Shown here piece by piece: positions 53,971 to 62,705 of a stretch of 64,000 bases of DNA. The position numbers and the translations under genes were made by a program. The notes beneath the pieces were generated by a model. The model was not told where the DNA came from. It was given only the letters and a program-made list of their open reading frames with translations, and did no database searches. The DNA lies in assembly GCA_028280285.1 (NCBI GenBank), contig JANQMA010000004.1:15820-79819 (forward strand), given 5' to 3'. This stretch comes from Candidatus Omnitrophota bacterium. GTDB lineage: Bacteria; Omnitrophota; Gorgyraeia; Zapsychrales; Zapsychraceae. Positions within the stretch are counted from its first letter, which is position 1. Every line of letters begins with the position of its first letter.

Positions 53971-54543
53971 ATGAAAGATATCATTCAATCAAACTTTAAA
54001 GATTCTATTGAAACAAAACAAGAAGCGCTTGCTGCCAATTTAGATAAAATCGAACAAGCTGCCCAAATGATTATTGAAGCCATTAAGCGCGGCAACAAGA
54101 TCTTATTTTTCGGCAACGGCGGATCCGCCGCTGACAGTCAACATATCGCGGCCGAATTTATCGGACGTTTTCAAAAAGAACGCCAGGCTATTGCCGCGAT
54201 TGCTCTTACAACCGACACCTCGATTTTAACCGCTTTGGGTAATGATTATTCCTATGATATTGTTTTTGCCCGCCAAATTGAAGGCTTAGGAAAAGAAGGT
54301 GATGTGGCCTTTGGCATATCGACGAGCGGTAATTCCGGTAATGTGGTTAAAGGTATTAAAAAAGCCAAGGAGCTGGGTCTTCACACAATCACACTGACCG
54401 GTGGTGACGGGGGTGTGTTAGCCGGACTTTCCGATATCAGTTTGATTGTACCGTCGAAAAAGACTGCGCGTATTCAGGAATCGCATTTATGCATTGAGCA
54501 TACTATTTGTGAGCTGGTTGAAAACGAGTTGAGTGAAGGTTAA
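53971..54543 (+). CDS. gmhA: D-sedoheptulose 7-phosphate isomerase
   Basis: 'GNGGSAADSQH.AAE..GRF', 'ISTSGNS', 'ARIQE.H'. Confidence 0.96.
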   Translation: MKDIIQSNFKDSIETKQEALAANLDKIEQAAQMIIEAIKRGNKILFFGNGGSAADSQHIAAEFIGRFQKERQAIAAIALTTDTSILTALGNDYSYDIVFARQIEGLGKEGDVAFGISTSGNSGNVVKGIKKAKELGLHTITLTGGDGGVLAGLSDISLIVPSKKTARIQESHLCIEHTICELVENELSEG

Positions 54544-54546
54544 TCC

Positions 54547-55047
54547 GTGAGCACGCAAAAAATAATTACAATCGCGACGCTTAAACGTAAGCTTTCGGTT
54601 CTGCGCAACAAACGTAAAAAGATTGCTTTTACCAACGGTTGTTTTGATATTTTACATAATGGGCATGTTAGTTATTTGCAAAAAGCTAAGGCGAAAGACC
54701 GCATACTAGTTTTAGGGCTTAATAGCGATAAGTCGGTCCGCAGGATCAAGGGGCCAAAGCGTCCGATTGTCAATGAAAAAGACCGCGCATCGATTCTTGC
54801 CGCGCTTGAGTGTGTTGATTATGTTGTCATTTTTAATGAGGATACGCCGCTTAAGCTCATAGCAGCGGTTAAGCCGGATATTTTGATTAAAGGCGCTGAC
54901 TGGAAAGGCAAAGGCATTGTCGGCGAGGATGTGGTTCGCGCCCATGGCGGTAAAATTGAATATGTGAAGTTTGTTAAGGATAAGTCGACGACGAATATAG
55001 TAAAACGGATCTTAAAGATTCATAGAGCACAGACCACAGAACACTGA
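54547..55047 (+). CDS. rfaE2: D-glycero-beta-D-manno-heptose 1-phosphate adenylyltransferase (RfaE2/HldE C-terminal domain)
   Basis: 'FTNGCFDILHNGH', 'GLNSD.SVRR.KG.KRP', 'KGADW', 'STT'. Confidence 0.93.
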   Translation: MSTQKIITIATLKRKLSVLRNKRKKIAFTNGCFDILHNGHVSYLQKAKAKDRILVLGLNSDKSVRRIKGPKRPIVNEKDRASILAALECVDYVVIFNEDTPLKLIAAVKPDILIKGADWKGKGIVGEDVVRAHGGKIEYVKFVKDKSTTNIVKRILKIHRAQTTEH

Positions 55048-55052
55048 ACACA
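55025..55052. repeat. single-arm heptamer repeat supplying the C-terminus and stop codon of rfaE2
   Basis: gagcaca gaccaca gaacact gaacaca; encodes ...RAQTTEH* with TGA at 55045-55047. Confidence 0.8.
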
Positions 55053-55077
55053 TATATAATTCAAGGTCTAAATAAAA

Positions 55078-55494
55078 ATGAATTCCACTCAAAATAAAAA
55101 AATCTATCGCCTGCTTGATGCAAACATGAATCGGGCGAAAGAGGGCCTAAGGGTTTGTGAGGACACATATCGCTTTATTAAGGATAATAAATCTTCCACA
55201 CGAACATTTAAAAATTTCCGTCATCAATTAACAGATGCGATTGGTTCCTTGAAATTAAAGAAATACATTAAAGCACGTGCAATTGAAAAAGATGTGGGGC
55301 GAAAATCGATTAATTCTGAACTTAAACGGAAAAATGTCGATGATATTCTTTTGGCTAACATGCAAAGGGTCAAAGAATCGGTCAGGGTTTTAGAGGAATT
55401 TAGTAAGCTTACTGACCCGAAAGCAGCTAGTCAATTGAAAAAGGTGCGTTATGAAATCTATGCTTTTGAAAAACGGATTATTGCAAAAAGCTAA
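55078..55494 (+). CDS. ThiD2-like domain (N-terminal domain of long cyanobacterial-type ThiE) encoded separately
   Basis: 'YRLLDANMNRAKEGLRVCED..RF', 'AN.QRV.ES.RVLEEFSK', 'RY.IY..EK'. Confidence 0.82.
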   Translation: MNSTQNKKIYRLLDANMNRAKEGLRVCEDTYRFIKDNKSSTRTFKNFRHQLTDAIGSLKLKKYIKARAIEKDVGRKSINSELKRKNVDDILLANMQRVKESVRVLEEFSKLTDPKAASQLKKVRYEIYAFEKRIIAKS

Positions 55495-56089
55495 ACTTTA
55501 TTTGATTTTAGATGCCGAAGTATGTAGTGCAGAGAGCCTTATTCAGATTACCCACGAGGGGTTAAAAGCAGGCATTGAAATATTTCAATTAAGAGCTAAA
55601 AAGTTGCCGGATGAAGAGACACTGCGGATCGCTTTTCATCTGCGCGCTATCATCGATGAGCGGGCGCTTTTTATTATGAATGACAGCGTTGAGTTGGCGC
55701 TTCAGACAAACGCTGATGGCGTACATCTTGGCCAGGAAGATGGATCGCTGCTTGAGGCACGCACACAAATGGAGGAGCGCATTATTGGAATTTCCTGCCA
55801 AACGTTTACGCAGGCCAAGCAGGCCGAGGCAAACGCAGCTGACTATATTGGTTTTGGCTCAGTATTTAAAACGCAGACTAAACCTGAGCGCGAGGTCATG
55901 GATTTAAATTTACTTAAAGATGTTGTAGAGTCTATTGAGATTCCCGTTTTTCCTATTGGGGGCATTGATCTAAGTAATATTCAGCAAGTATACGACATCG
56001 GGGCCCGGCGTTTTGCTGTTTGCCGTGCCGTATGTGAATCAAAAGATATTAATTTAGCAGTTAATCAATTTTTTAATTTTTGTCATTAA
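55451..56089 (+). CDS. thiE: thiamine-phosphate synthase
   Basis: 'LYLI', 'QLRAK', 'ND', 'ADGVHLGQED', 'DYIGFG..F.TQTK', 'IGGI'. Confidence 0.93.
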   Translation: MKSMLLKNGLLQKAKLYLILDAEVCSAESLIQITHEGLKAGIEIFQLRAKKLPDEETLRIAFHLRAIIDERALFIMNDSVELALQTNADGVHLGQEDGSLLEARTQMEERIIGISCQTFTQAKQAEANAADYIGFGSVFKTQTKPEREVMDLNLLKDVVESIEIPVFPIGGIDLSNIQQVYDIGARRFAVCRAVCESKDINLAVNQFFNFCH

Positions 56090-56090
56090 G

Positions 56091-56789
56091 ATGCGTCGAT
56101 ATTATTTTTTTGTGTTCTTTGTTTTATCCGTTGGGTTAAACGGTTGCGCGTCTTTACCGGTTGAGCCGGTGTATACAGGGGCAATTCCTTCGGTCGATAC
56201 AGTAGAGAAAGAGGAAATTGCGCCAGCGCAGCAAGGGATTTATCATATGGTCGGTCGTGGGCAAACTTTGTGGCGGATTGCCAAGACCTATGGTGTTGCC
56301 ATTGATGAGATTGTGCGCAGCAATAACATTATTGACCCTACACAGATTGAAAAGGGACAGAAACTTTTTGTCCCCCGCGCACGTGCCGTCGAAGACATTG
56401 TTATTGAATCTGAGTCCGAAGAAGATGAATTTGTCTGGCCTCTTAATGGACTGGTGATAAGTCGTTTCAGAGACCGGACGGACGTCGGCTATAATAAAGG
56501 AATAGACATAAAGGGGAGTAATGGTGATGCTGTTAAGGCAGCGCGTCGTGGGCGTGTGGTTTTTGCTGATGATCTGTTTGGCTACGGTAAGACGATTATT
56601 TTAAAACATGATGACGGGTACTATTCCGTTTATGCCAATAATGCTAAATTAATGGTTGCTCTTAATGACTTGGTTTTTAAAAATAAGACAATCTCTTATA
56701 TAGGTCAAACCGGGGACATTGCGTATTTGCATTTTGAAATACGGCGGAAATCGATTGAAGATAATCCATTATATTATCTGCCGAAGTAA
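56091..56789 (+). CDS. LysM + M23 peptidase-like lipoprotein (NlpD-like)
   Basis: Lipobox 'LNGC', LysM 'GQTLWRIAK.YGV', M23 'NKGIDI', 'LHFEIR'; N in place of the first Zn-ligand His, as in NlpD. Confidence 0.9.
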   Translation: MRRYYFFVFFVLSVGLNGCASLPVEPVYTGAIPSVDTVEKEEIAPAQQGIYHMVGRGQTLWRIAKTYGVAIDEIVRSNNIIDPTQIEKGQKLFVPRARAVEDIVIESESEEDEFVWPLNGLVISRFRDRTDVGYNKGIDIKGSNGDAVKAARRGRVVFADDLFGYGKTIILKHDDGYYSVYANNAKLMVALNDLVFKNKTISYIGQTGDIAYLHFEIRRKSIEDNPLYYLPK

Positions 56790-56806
56790 AGGATAGATTA
56801 ACTTTG

Positions 56807-56880
56807 AGCGAATAGCGTATAGCGGTTAGCGTTTAGATTAGTAATCAGTTCTAAACGCTAGACGCTAAACGCTAAATACT
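56807..56880. repeat. heptamer hairpin (AGCGnnT x4 / AnACGCT-type x4)
   Basis: agcgaat agcgtat agcggtt agcgttt ag ... ct aaacgct agacgct aaacgct aaatact. Confidence 0.9.
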
Positions 56881-56885
56881 AGTAT

Positions 56886-58520
56886 ATGAGCTACGTTGAA
56901 TCGGAAAAAATATTTTTTGGACGGGAAAAGACGCTTGCGACTCTCAAGAGGCGCGTTATTGATTTAAAAGAAGGGTATCGCCAGAATGTTGCTCTTCTTG
57001 GCAGCCGTTATATCGGAAAGAGTGCGCTCCTACATCATTTTATGGACAATTTGGATGACCGGGATATCACGGTTATCTACCTCGACCTTGAAAACAAAGA
57101 CTTCAAGTATTTTGTCGATAAGTTTATCGGCAGTTTGCTGTATAACTTTTCTAAAAATCTCAATTTAGTTTTATTTGAAGATATTAATGTTCTCATTGAA
57201 AATACACGCCAATATATTCCGCATACAGTGGCGGTGATTGAGAAAATCCGCTCGGATTTTCTTAAAAACAAACTAACAGAATGTTATTTAGGGCTGCTTG
57301 CTCTTCCAGAGATTTTTACGAATGAGACAGGTAAATACTGTGTTCTTATTATCGATGAATTTCAGGCCATGGATGAGTTTGAGATGCCGAATTTGTTTCA
57401 TGATTTGGGTAATAAGATTATGACGCAAAAAAGGTGTTTTTATATTCTTTCCAGTTCTTACCGTATTGTGGCCGAAAGCATCATTTCGCAAAGGTTGTCG
57501 CTTTTGTTTGGCAATTTCGAAACAATTGAAATTGATGTGTTCGATAATGAAACAAGTCATGAGTTTATTGCTTATAATTTGGGAACGCGTAAAATCGGTC
57601 TACATTTGGCTAATTTCCTGATCGATTTTTGTGCGGGGCATCCTTTGTATTTGAATCTTCTTTGCCAGGAATTTAAGAATCTTGGGGCTGCCCATAATCA
57701 AACCGAAATTTATGTTCCCTTATTGTCGCAGGCTGTTGAGAACACTATTTTTGACCGTTGGGGCGTTTTGTCCCGTCATTTTGAGTTAATCACCAATGAG
57801 CTAGCGAGTGGCAAAGGGAATAAATTAACGACCATGATCCTTATGGCGCTTGCCGATGAAAATCATAAGATTGCGGACATTATTGACCATATAGATGTCA
57901 AAAGAACCCAAGTGTCCCAAAAATTGTCACGTTTAATGGAAATGGGTTTTGTGGTCAAAAACGGAAATTATTATTTTCTCAAAGATAAGTTATTTAAATA
58001 CTGGATTAAGTTTGTCTATCAAAAACGTTTTAAAGATATTGAGTTGGCGCCGGATAAGCTGCGCAAACAATTTAAAGAAGAGTTTAATCGTTTGGTGGAA
58101 GATTTTTATGTTTGCACGCGTAAGGATTTATCCTCGAGGATCATTGAACTCTTATACTGTTTCGATAATGAGGCGTTTCAGCTCAATGGCCGTAAATACA
58201 AACTGCCGGTGTTCAAAAGGATTGAACCATTTAAACTTGATGTTAATTCCGGACGGGCCTTTGATGTCATTGAAGCGCAAACAAAAAATGCCTCCTGGTA
58301 TATTTTTATGAAAAAGGATGTGTTTTTTGAAAATGATATTAATTTGATTGCGAACACCGTTAAAGAAAATAAAAAGAAACTCGAGCGGTGTCTGATTATT
58401 TCTCTTTCCGATTTGGAAGAAAATGCAAGGCTTAAGGCTTTGCAAGAACGGTTCTGGATCTGGAATCAGGGAGAGCTTAACGCCTTATTAACGTTATTTG
58501 ATAAACCGTATATTGTCTGA
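56886..58520 (+). CDS. archaeal-type (ATPase_2/AAA) P-loop ATPase with winged-helix region
   Basis: 'FFGRE..L', Walker A 'GSRYIGKS', Walker B 'LIIDEFQ', 'GHPLYL', wHTH 'VSQKLSRLMEMGFV', 'D.LFKYW'. Confidence 0.82.
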   Translation: MSYVESEKIFFGREKTLATLKRRVIDLKEGYRQNVALLGSRYIGKSALLHHFMDNLDDRDITVIYLDLENKDFKYFVDKFIGSLLYNFSKNLNLVLFEDINVLIENTRQYIPHTVAVIEKIRSDFLKNKLTECYLGLLALPEIFTNETGKYCVLIIDEFQAMDEFEMPNLFHDLGNKIMTQKRCFYILSSSYRIVAESIISQRLSLLFGNFETIEIDVFDNETSHEFIAYNLGTRKIGLHLANFLIDFCAGHPLYLNLLCQEFKNLGAAHNQTEIYVPLLSQAVENTIFDRWGVLSRHFELITNELASGKGNKLTTMILMALADENHKIADIIDHIDVKRTQVSQKLSRLMEMGFVVKNGNYYFLKDKLFKYWIKFVYQKRFKDIELAPDKLRKQFKEEFNRLVEDFYVCTRKDLSSRIIELLYCFDNEAFQLNGRKYKLPVFKRIEPFKLDVNSGRAFDVIEAQTKNASWYIFMKKDVFFENDINLIANTVKENKKKLERCLIISLSDLEENARLKALQERFWIWNQGELNALLTLFDKPYIV

Positions 58521-58996
58521 TGAAGATCGGAGTTGTTTCAGATACGCACTCACTGGAGATTCCCGCAAAGGTTATTAAGGGTCTTAAAAGCGCTGATTTA
58601 ATTATTCATGCCGGCGACTTTTGTTCTCAGGAAGAATTTAAGCTTTTTAGTAGCCTTAAAGAATTAAAAGCTGTTTATGGCAACTGTGATGAGCCTGCGC
58701 TTCTTAAAAAGTTGTCTGAGAAATGTATTTTTGAGGTGGAAGGCATTACCATCGGTATTTTTCACGGCGAGGGTTCACAACATACCGTTCTCGATTCGGT
58801 CAGGCGTAAGTTTAAAAGTGATAAGATTGATGTGGCTGTATTCGGGCATTCCCACGAAGCTTTGATTTCAACCATTGAAGGGGTATTGTATTTTAATCCG
58901 GGCAGTCCGAATGATATGGTGACCGCGCCGTATTGTTCGTATGGGATCTTGGATGTGAAAGATGAACAGGTGGAGGCACAGATAATAAAAATATAG
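58520..58996 (+). CDS. YfcE/MJ0936-family metallophosphoesterase
   Basis: 'SDTH', 'HAGD', 'GNCD', 'HG', 'GHSH', 'NPGS'. Confidence 0.93.
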   Translation: MKIGVVSDTHSLEIPAKVIKGLKSADLIIHAGDFCSQEEFKLFSSLKELKAVYGNCDEPALLKKLSEKCIFEVEGITIGIFHGEGSQHTVLDSVRRKFKSDKIDVAVFGHSHEALISTIEGVLYFNPGSPNDMVTAPYCSYGILDVKDEQVEAQIIKI

Positions 58997-59052
58997 GGCC
59001 GACACATAGGTCGGCCCCTACGCGACGTAGGGGCGGGGCAATGACCCCGCCC
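58996..59052. repeat. GTAG-type REP doublet (REPIN-like)
   Basis: gggccgac-acatag-gtcggcccctac gcgac gtaggggcgggg-caatga-ccccgccc. Confidence 0.75.
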
Positions 59053-59069
59053 GATAAATTGGTAACATT

Positions 59070-59570
59070 ATGGACAAATTATGGGCGCCCTGGCGGGTGC
59101 CGTATATCACAAAGGTCGTAAGGGGCAAACGCTCCAAAGTCTCTGTTTTCTCCAAAATTTTAAAAGAGAAAAAAGATAAGAAAAATTATATCTTTCTTAG
59201 AAAAGATAAAACATTCGCTGTCCTTAATCTCTACCCTTATAACAATGGCCACAGTTTAATCATCCCCAATCGTCAGGTCGGGGAATTGGAAGATTTAACT
59301 GAAGAAGAGCGTAAGGATTTATTCGACACCCTTCTGGAGGTTAAAGCCCTGCTTAAAAAAGTTTTAAAACCACATGGATTTAATGTCGGAATTAATTTAG
59401 GCAACGTTGCCGGTGCAGGAATACCCGAGCATTTGCATATTCACATCGTTCCACGATGGAAGGGTGATTGTAATTTTATGCCGGTGGTGGCGAATACGAA
59501 AGTGATTTCGCAATCACTTGCGGCTTTGCATACGCAGCTTGTGAAAGCACAGAGGACGAAAAAAAGATAA
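59070..59570 (+). CDS. HIT family protein (Ap4A phosphorylase-like)
   Basis: 'LWAPWR..Y', 'LNLYPYNNGH', 'GINLG..AGAGI..HLHIHIVPRW.GD.NF'. Confidence 0.9.
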   Translation: MDKLWAPWRVPYITKVVRGKRSKVSVFSKILKEKKDKKNYIFLRKDKTFAVLNLYPYNNGHSLIIPNRQVGELEDLTEEERKDLFDTLLEVKALLKKVLKPHGFNVGINLGNVAGAGIPEHLHIHIVPRWKGDCNFMPVVANTKVISQSLAALHTQLVKAQRTKKR

Positions 59571-59573
59571 TCA

Positions 59574-60755
59574 ATGTTCACGCGCGAAGATTACGAAAAA
59601 CTGGAAGATCAAAATTTAGCCCGCTATGCGATGAAGAGCAAGGATTCGGCGGGACGTATTTATGATGAGCCTGTTCATGCGGTGCGTACATGCTATCAGC
59701 GTGACCGCGATCGTATTGTCCATTCCCAGGCCTTTCGTAAGCTTGAGTATAAAACCCAAGTGTTTGTTATTTTTGAAGGGGATTATTACCGTACACGCCT
59801 GACGCATACCATTGAAGTCGCCCAGATTGCACGCACCATCGGCCGGGCATTGCGTCTTAATGAAGATTTGATCGAGGCTATTGCGCTCGCCCATGATCTA
59901 GGTCATCCGCCTTTCGGGCATGCCGGGGAAGATGCGCTTAATAAAATTATGTCGGATAATTTTGATGAGACGTTTAATCATAATTTCCGCAGCTATGAAG
60001 TTGTGACTAATTTCGAGCGCCGTTATCCTGATTTTAACGGGCTTAATTTATCGGAAGAGGTCATTGTCGGTATTCTCAAACACGAAACGGGCTATGATAA
60101 AAAAGGCGACGTTGAAAAGTATCGGAATATCGGCCCTACTTTAGAAGCGCATGTCGTTGATGTGGCCGATTCGCTGGCTTACCTTTCGCATGATGTGGAC
60201 GACGGTCTGACATCCGGTTGCATTACCGAAGAGGATTTAATGGAAAGTACTTTATGGAGCGGGGCGTATAAAAAGATTAAAGATGCGCTTGCAACAAAAG
60301 ATGCCTATATTATCAAATATCAAATTGTGAAATTCTTAATCGAAGCACAAATGAAAGATTTGCTTGCGGTTTCTGCTAAAAATATTGAAGCTCAGAAATT
60401 TAACAATTCCGATGAGGTAAAAACATATAATTTAAAAAATCCTGGAGAGAAACTCGTCGGTTATAGTAAAGAGATGGAAGAGCAACGTAATGAACTACAG
60501 AATTTACTTAAAGAAAAACTTTATCATCATTATCGTGTTGTGCGTATGACCGAAAAAGCTAAGCGGATTATTAATGAGATATACCAAGTCTACTTTAACA
60601 ACCCGAATCAACTGCCGTATTTTATTTGGGAGCGCGGCAAAGAGTATTCGGATAAAAGAAAATGCCAGAAAATTTGCAATTATATTGCAGGCATGACGGA
60701 TAGGTTTGCATTAGATGAGCACAAGAAACTCTTCAACCCCTACCAAAAAGTATAA
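59574..60755 (+). CDS. dgt: deoxyguanosinetriphosphate triphosphohydrolase-like HD protein
   Basis: 'RDRDRIVHS.AFR.L..KTQVF', 'RTRLTHT.EV', 'HDLGHPPFGHAGE', 'YIAGMTD'. Confidence 0.93.
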   Translation: MFTREDYEKLEDQNLARYAMKSKDSAGRIYDEPVHAVRTCYQRDRDRIVHSQAFRKLEYKTQVFVIFEGDYYRTRLTHTIEVAQIARTIGRALRLNEDLIEAIALAHDLGHPPFGHAGEDALNKIMSDNFDETFNHNFRSYEVVTNFERRYPDFNGLNLSEEVIVGILKHETGYDKKGDVEKYRNIGPTLEAHVVDVADSLAYLSHDVDDGLTSGCITEEDLMESTLWSGAYKKIKDALATKDAYIIKYQIVKFLIEAQMKDLLAVSAKNIEAQKFNNSDEVKTYNLKNPGEKLVGYSKEMEEQRNELQNLLKEKLYHHYRVVRMTEKAKRIINEIYQVYFNNPNQLPYFIWERGKEYSDKRKCQKICNYIAGMTDRFALDEHKKLFNPYQKV

Positions 60756-61776
60756 GTTGATTTTATCAGCGGTGCATATGGTCTACCGCCTGGTAAATTC
60801 GACTTATAATGTGCAAGAGCTTGTCCTGCGTTTAACACGGCTTTTATGTCAGTTCATCCAGGCAGATTCTTCGTCGATCTATCTGCTTGATTCAAAAACA
60901 AAAAAGGTCCGGTTAAAAGCAATTTTTGATAATAAAATTAATATTCTTATCACAAAGAAAAAAGAACTGGCCAAAATTTCTAAAGAAGAGCAACAGGTGC
61001 TCGAAGGCTACTCGATTTTTTCTAAACATTTAATCGGAATCCCGCTTGTTGCGCATGATAATATCGGCGCGATTTTTGTGAAACGCCGCCGTAAAGATCC
61101 TGCGTTTGGTGAATATGATAAAGACATATTATCGGTTGTTACCGAGCAGTCAGTGACGGCCATACGTAATTTGCAGCTTTATGAAGATCAGCAGCAGGTT
61201 ATTCTAGGCAGTATCGAATTTATCGGAAAGCTTCTGGAAAGAGAAGGGTATCGTACATCACACACGCCGGTCTTTTTTGATATTGTCAAAACGCTCGCCG
61301 AAGCCCTCGGCATGCATGAGGATGATATCGACAGCCTGCAGTATGCCTGTATTTTGCGTGATGTCGGTGTCATTGATGTGCCGTATAATATTCTTTCCAA
61401 AACAAGCCAGCTGACAGCCGAAGAATTTAAAGAGATTCGTCAACAACCGTCACGCAGTGTTGAGTTGATTAAACCGGTGGAGTTTCTTAAGCCCGTTTTG
61501 CCGGTTATCTTATACCATCATGAGCGCTATGATGGGACTGGCTATCCTTCCGGCCTTAAAAAAGAGCAGATTCCTCTCGGGGCGCGGGTTATGTCTGTGG
61601 TGGATGCCTTTGAGGCCATGACGCGCGAAAGACCGTATCGCCAGCGTCTTTCGGTCAAAGAGGCCATTAATGAGCTTAAGGCCAACAGCGGCACGCAGTT
61701 CGATCCTGTTGTGGTTCAATCATTTATAGAGCTTACCAAACAAAAGAAGTTCAGAAAGTACTTGAGTACTACCTAA
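60715..61776 (+). CDS. GAF + HD-GYP domain protein with degenerate HD (RD)
   Basis: 'HHERYDGTGYP.GL..EQIPLGAR...VDAFEAMT..RPYR', 'GTQFDP'; 'ILRDVG' at the HD position. Confidence 0.85.
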   Translation: MSTRNSSTPTKKYKLILSAVHMVYRLVNSTYNVQELVLRLTRLLCQFIQADSSSIYLLDSKTKKVRLKAIFDNKINILITKKKELAKISKEEQQVLEGYSIFSKHLIGIPLVAHDNIGAIFVKRRRKDPAFGEYDKDILSVVTEQSVTAIRNLQLYEDQQQVILGSIEFIGKLLEREGYRTSHTPVFFDIVKTLAEALGMHEDDIDSLQYACILRDVGVIDVPYNILSKTSQLTAEEFKEIRQQPSRSVELIKPVEFLKPVLPVILYHHERYDGTGYPSGLKKEQIPLGARVMSVVDAFEAMTRERPYRQRLSVKEAINELKANSGTQFDPVVVQSFIELTKQKKFRKYLSTT

Positions 61777-61791
61777 TATTAATAGTATAAT
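61762..61791 (+). promoter_or_regulatory. putative promoter giving a near-leaderless transcript of the SPOR gene
   Basis: TTGAGT (61762-61767), 18-bp spacer, TATAAT (61786-61791); ATG at 61799, no SD. Confidence 0.45.
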
Positions 61792-61798
61792 ACTCTTT

Positions 61799-62395
61799 AT
61801 GGGCCATAACTTCTTCAAACAGTCTCAGTTCGAATTATTTCCCCGCCATAACGAGGAAAAAGGACCGGATTTGCCCAAGGGCCGCGTCGAATTAAAAGAC
61901 TTGACACTTTCAGTCGAAAATATTATCCTTTTATCTATTATTTTTGTGATGGGATTTGTCCTTTTCTTTTCCTTCGGGGTTGAGCGGGGCAAAAAAATTG
62001 CCCAACGTTCTATTGAAAATACACCAATCACTCAGTATTCTCAGGCAGAAGAGCAGGTGACAGCGGCAGCTGTCCAACCACAGCCGGAAGAAGAGATTGA
62101 CCCTTTAAAAGCGGTTGAAGAAGATGAAATCCGCGAGGTTATTGAAGTTCCTCAAGTTGAGGAAATCAAGATACCGGAGAATATTTTTACGATTCAGGTT
62201 GCTTCATTTAAGCTTGAACGTAATGCCAAAAAGGAAGCAGAAACATTGCGTGGCAAAGGATTTGAAGGCTATGTCATCCCTAAGGGAAGCTATTCGATTG
62301 TGTGTGTAGGAAAATTTGATAAACGATCTGAAGCGAAGCAATTTGCGGGTCAACTGCCGCATCGCTACAATGATTATTTAGTAAGGAGACTATAA
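61799..62395 (+). CDS. SPOR domain membrane protein
   Basis: Single TM, acidic linker, C-terminal 'TIQVASF....NA......L', 'V.VG.F....EA'. Confidence 0.85.
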   Translation: MGHNFFKQSQFELFPRHNEEKGPDLPKGRVELKDLTLSVENIILLSIIFVMGFVLFFSFGVERGKKIAQRSIENTPITQYSQAEEQVTAAAVQPQPEEEIDPLKAVEEDEIREVIEVPQVEEIKIPENIFTIQVASFKLERNAKKEAETLRGKGFEGYVIPKGSYSIVCVGKFDKRSEAKQFAGQLPHRYNDYLVRRL

Positions 62396-62607
62396 TGTCA
62401 TTACATCCATCTTTAAGAGTTGATTCAGCCGGCGCGCAGCAAAGAACGGTTTTGACGCGTATTGAAAGAATCAAAGACCTTATGAAAAAAGGTCTTTGGA
62501 AAGACGGACAAAACATAACAGCTCTGCCAAAGACAAAGATTGTTAAGGTTAAGGCCGGTAAAAAGAAGAAAAAAGAAGAAGAAAAAGACGAAGCCAAGGC
62601 CGAGTAA
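62395..62607 (+). CDS. PVC-type 'small basic protein' (TIGR04137-like)
   Basis: 'MSLHPSL', 'R.VLTR.ERI..L...G.W', 'LPK.K' and Lys-rich tail. Confidence 0.82.
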   Translation: MSLHPSLRVDSAGAQQRTVLTRIERIKDLMKKGLWKDGQNITALPKTKIVKVKAGKKKKKEEEKDEAKAE

Positions 62608-62618
62608 AAATATTTTTC

Positions 62619-62660
62619 CACCAGGTCAGTTGTATGAACACAACCGGCCTGGTGTTTTTT
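62619..62660 (+). terminator. intrinsic terminator
   Basis: caccaggtcagttgt...acaaccggcctggtg followed by T6. Confidence 0.7.
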
Positions 62661-62705
62661 ATTCCGTTGAAGATGGAATAATTGCTGCGAAGCAGAATCA
62701 TATCC

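Noticed and set aside
59574-60755. dGTPase as an antiphage defence gene
   Set aside because: Typical housekeeping-size Dgt embedded in core genes with no mobile or defence context.
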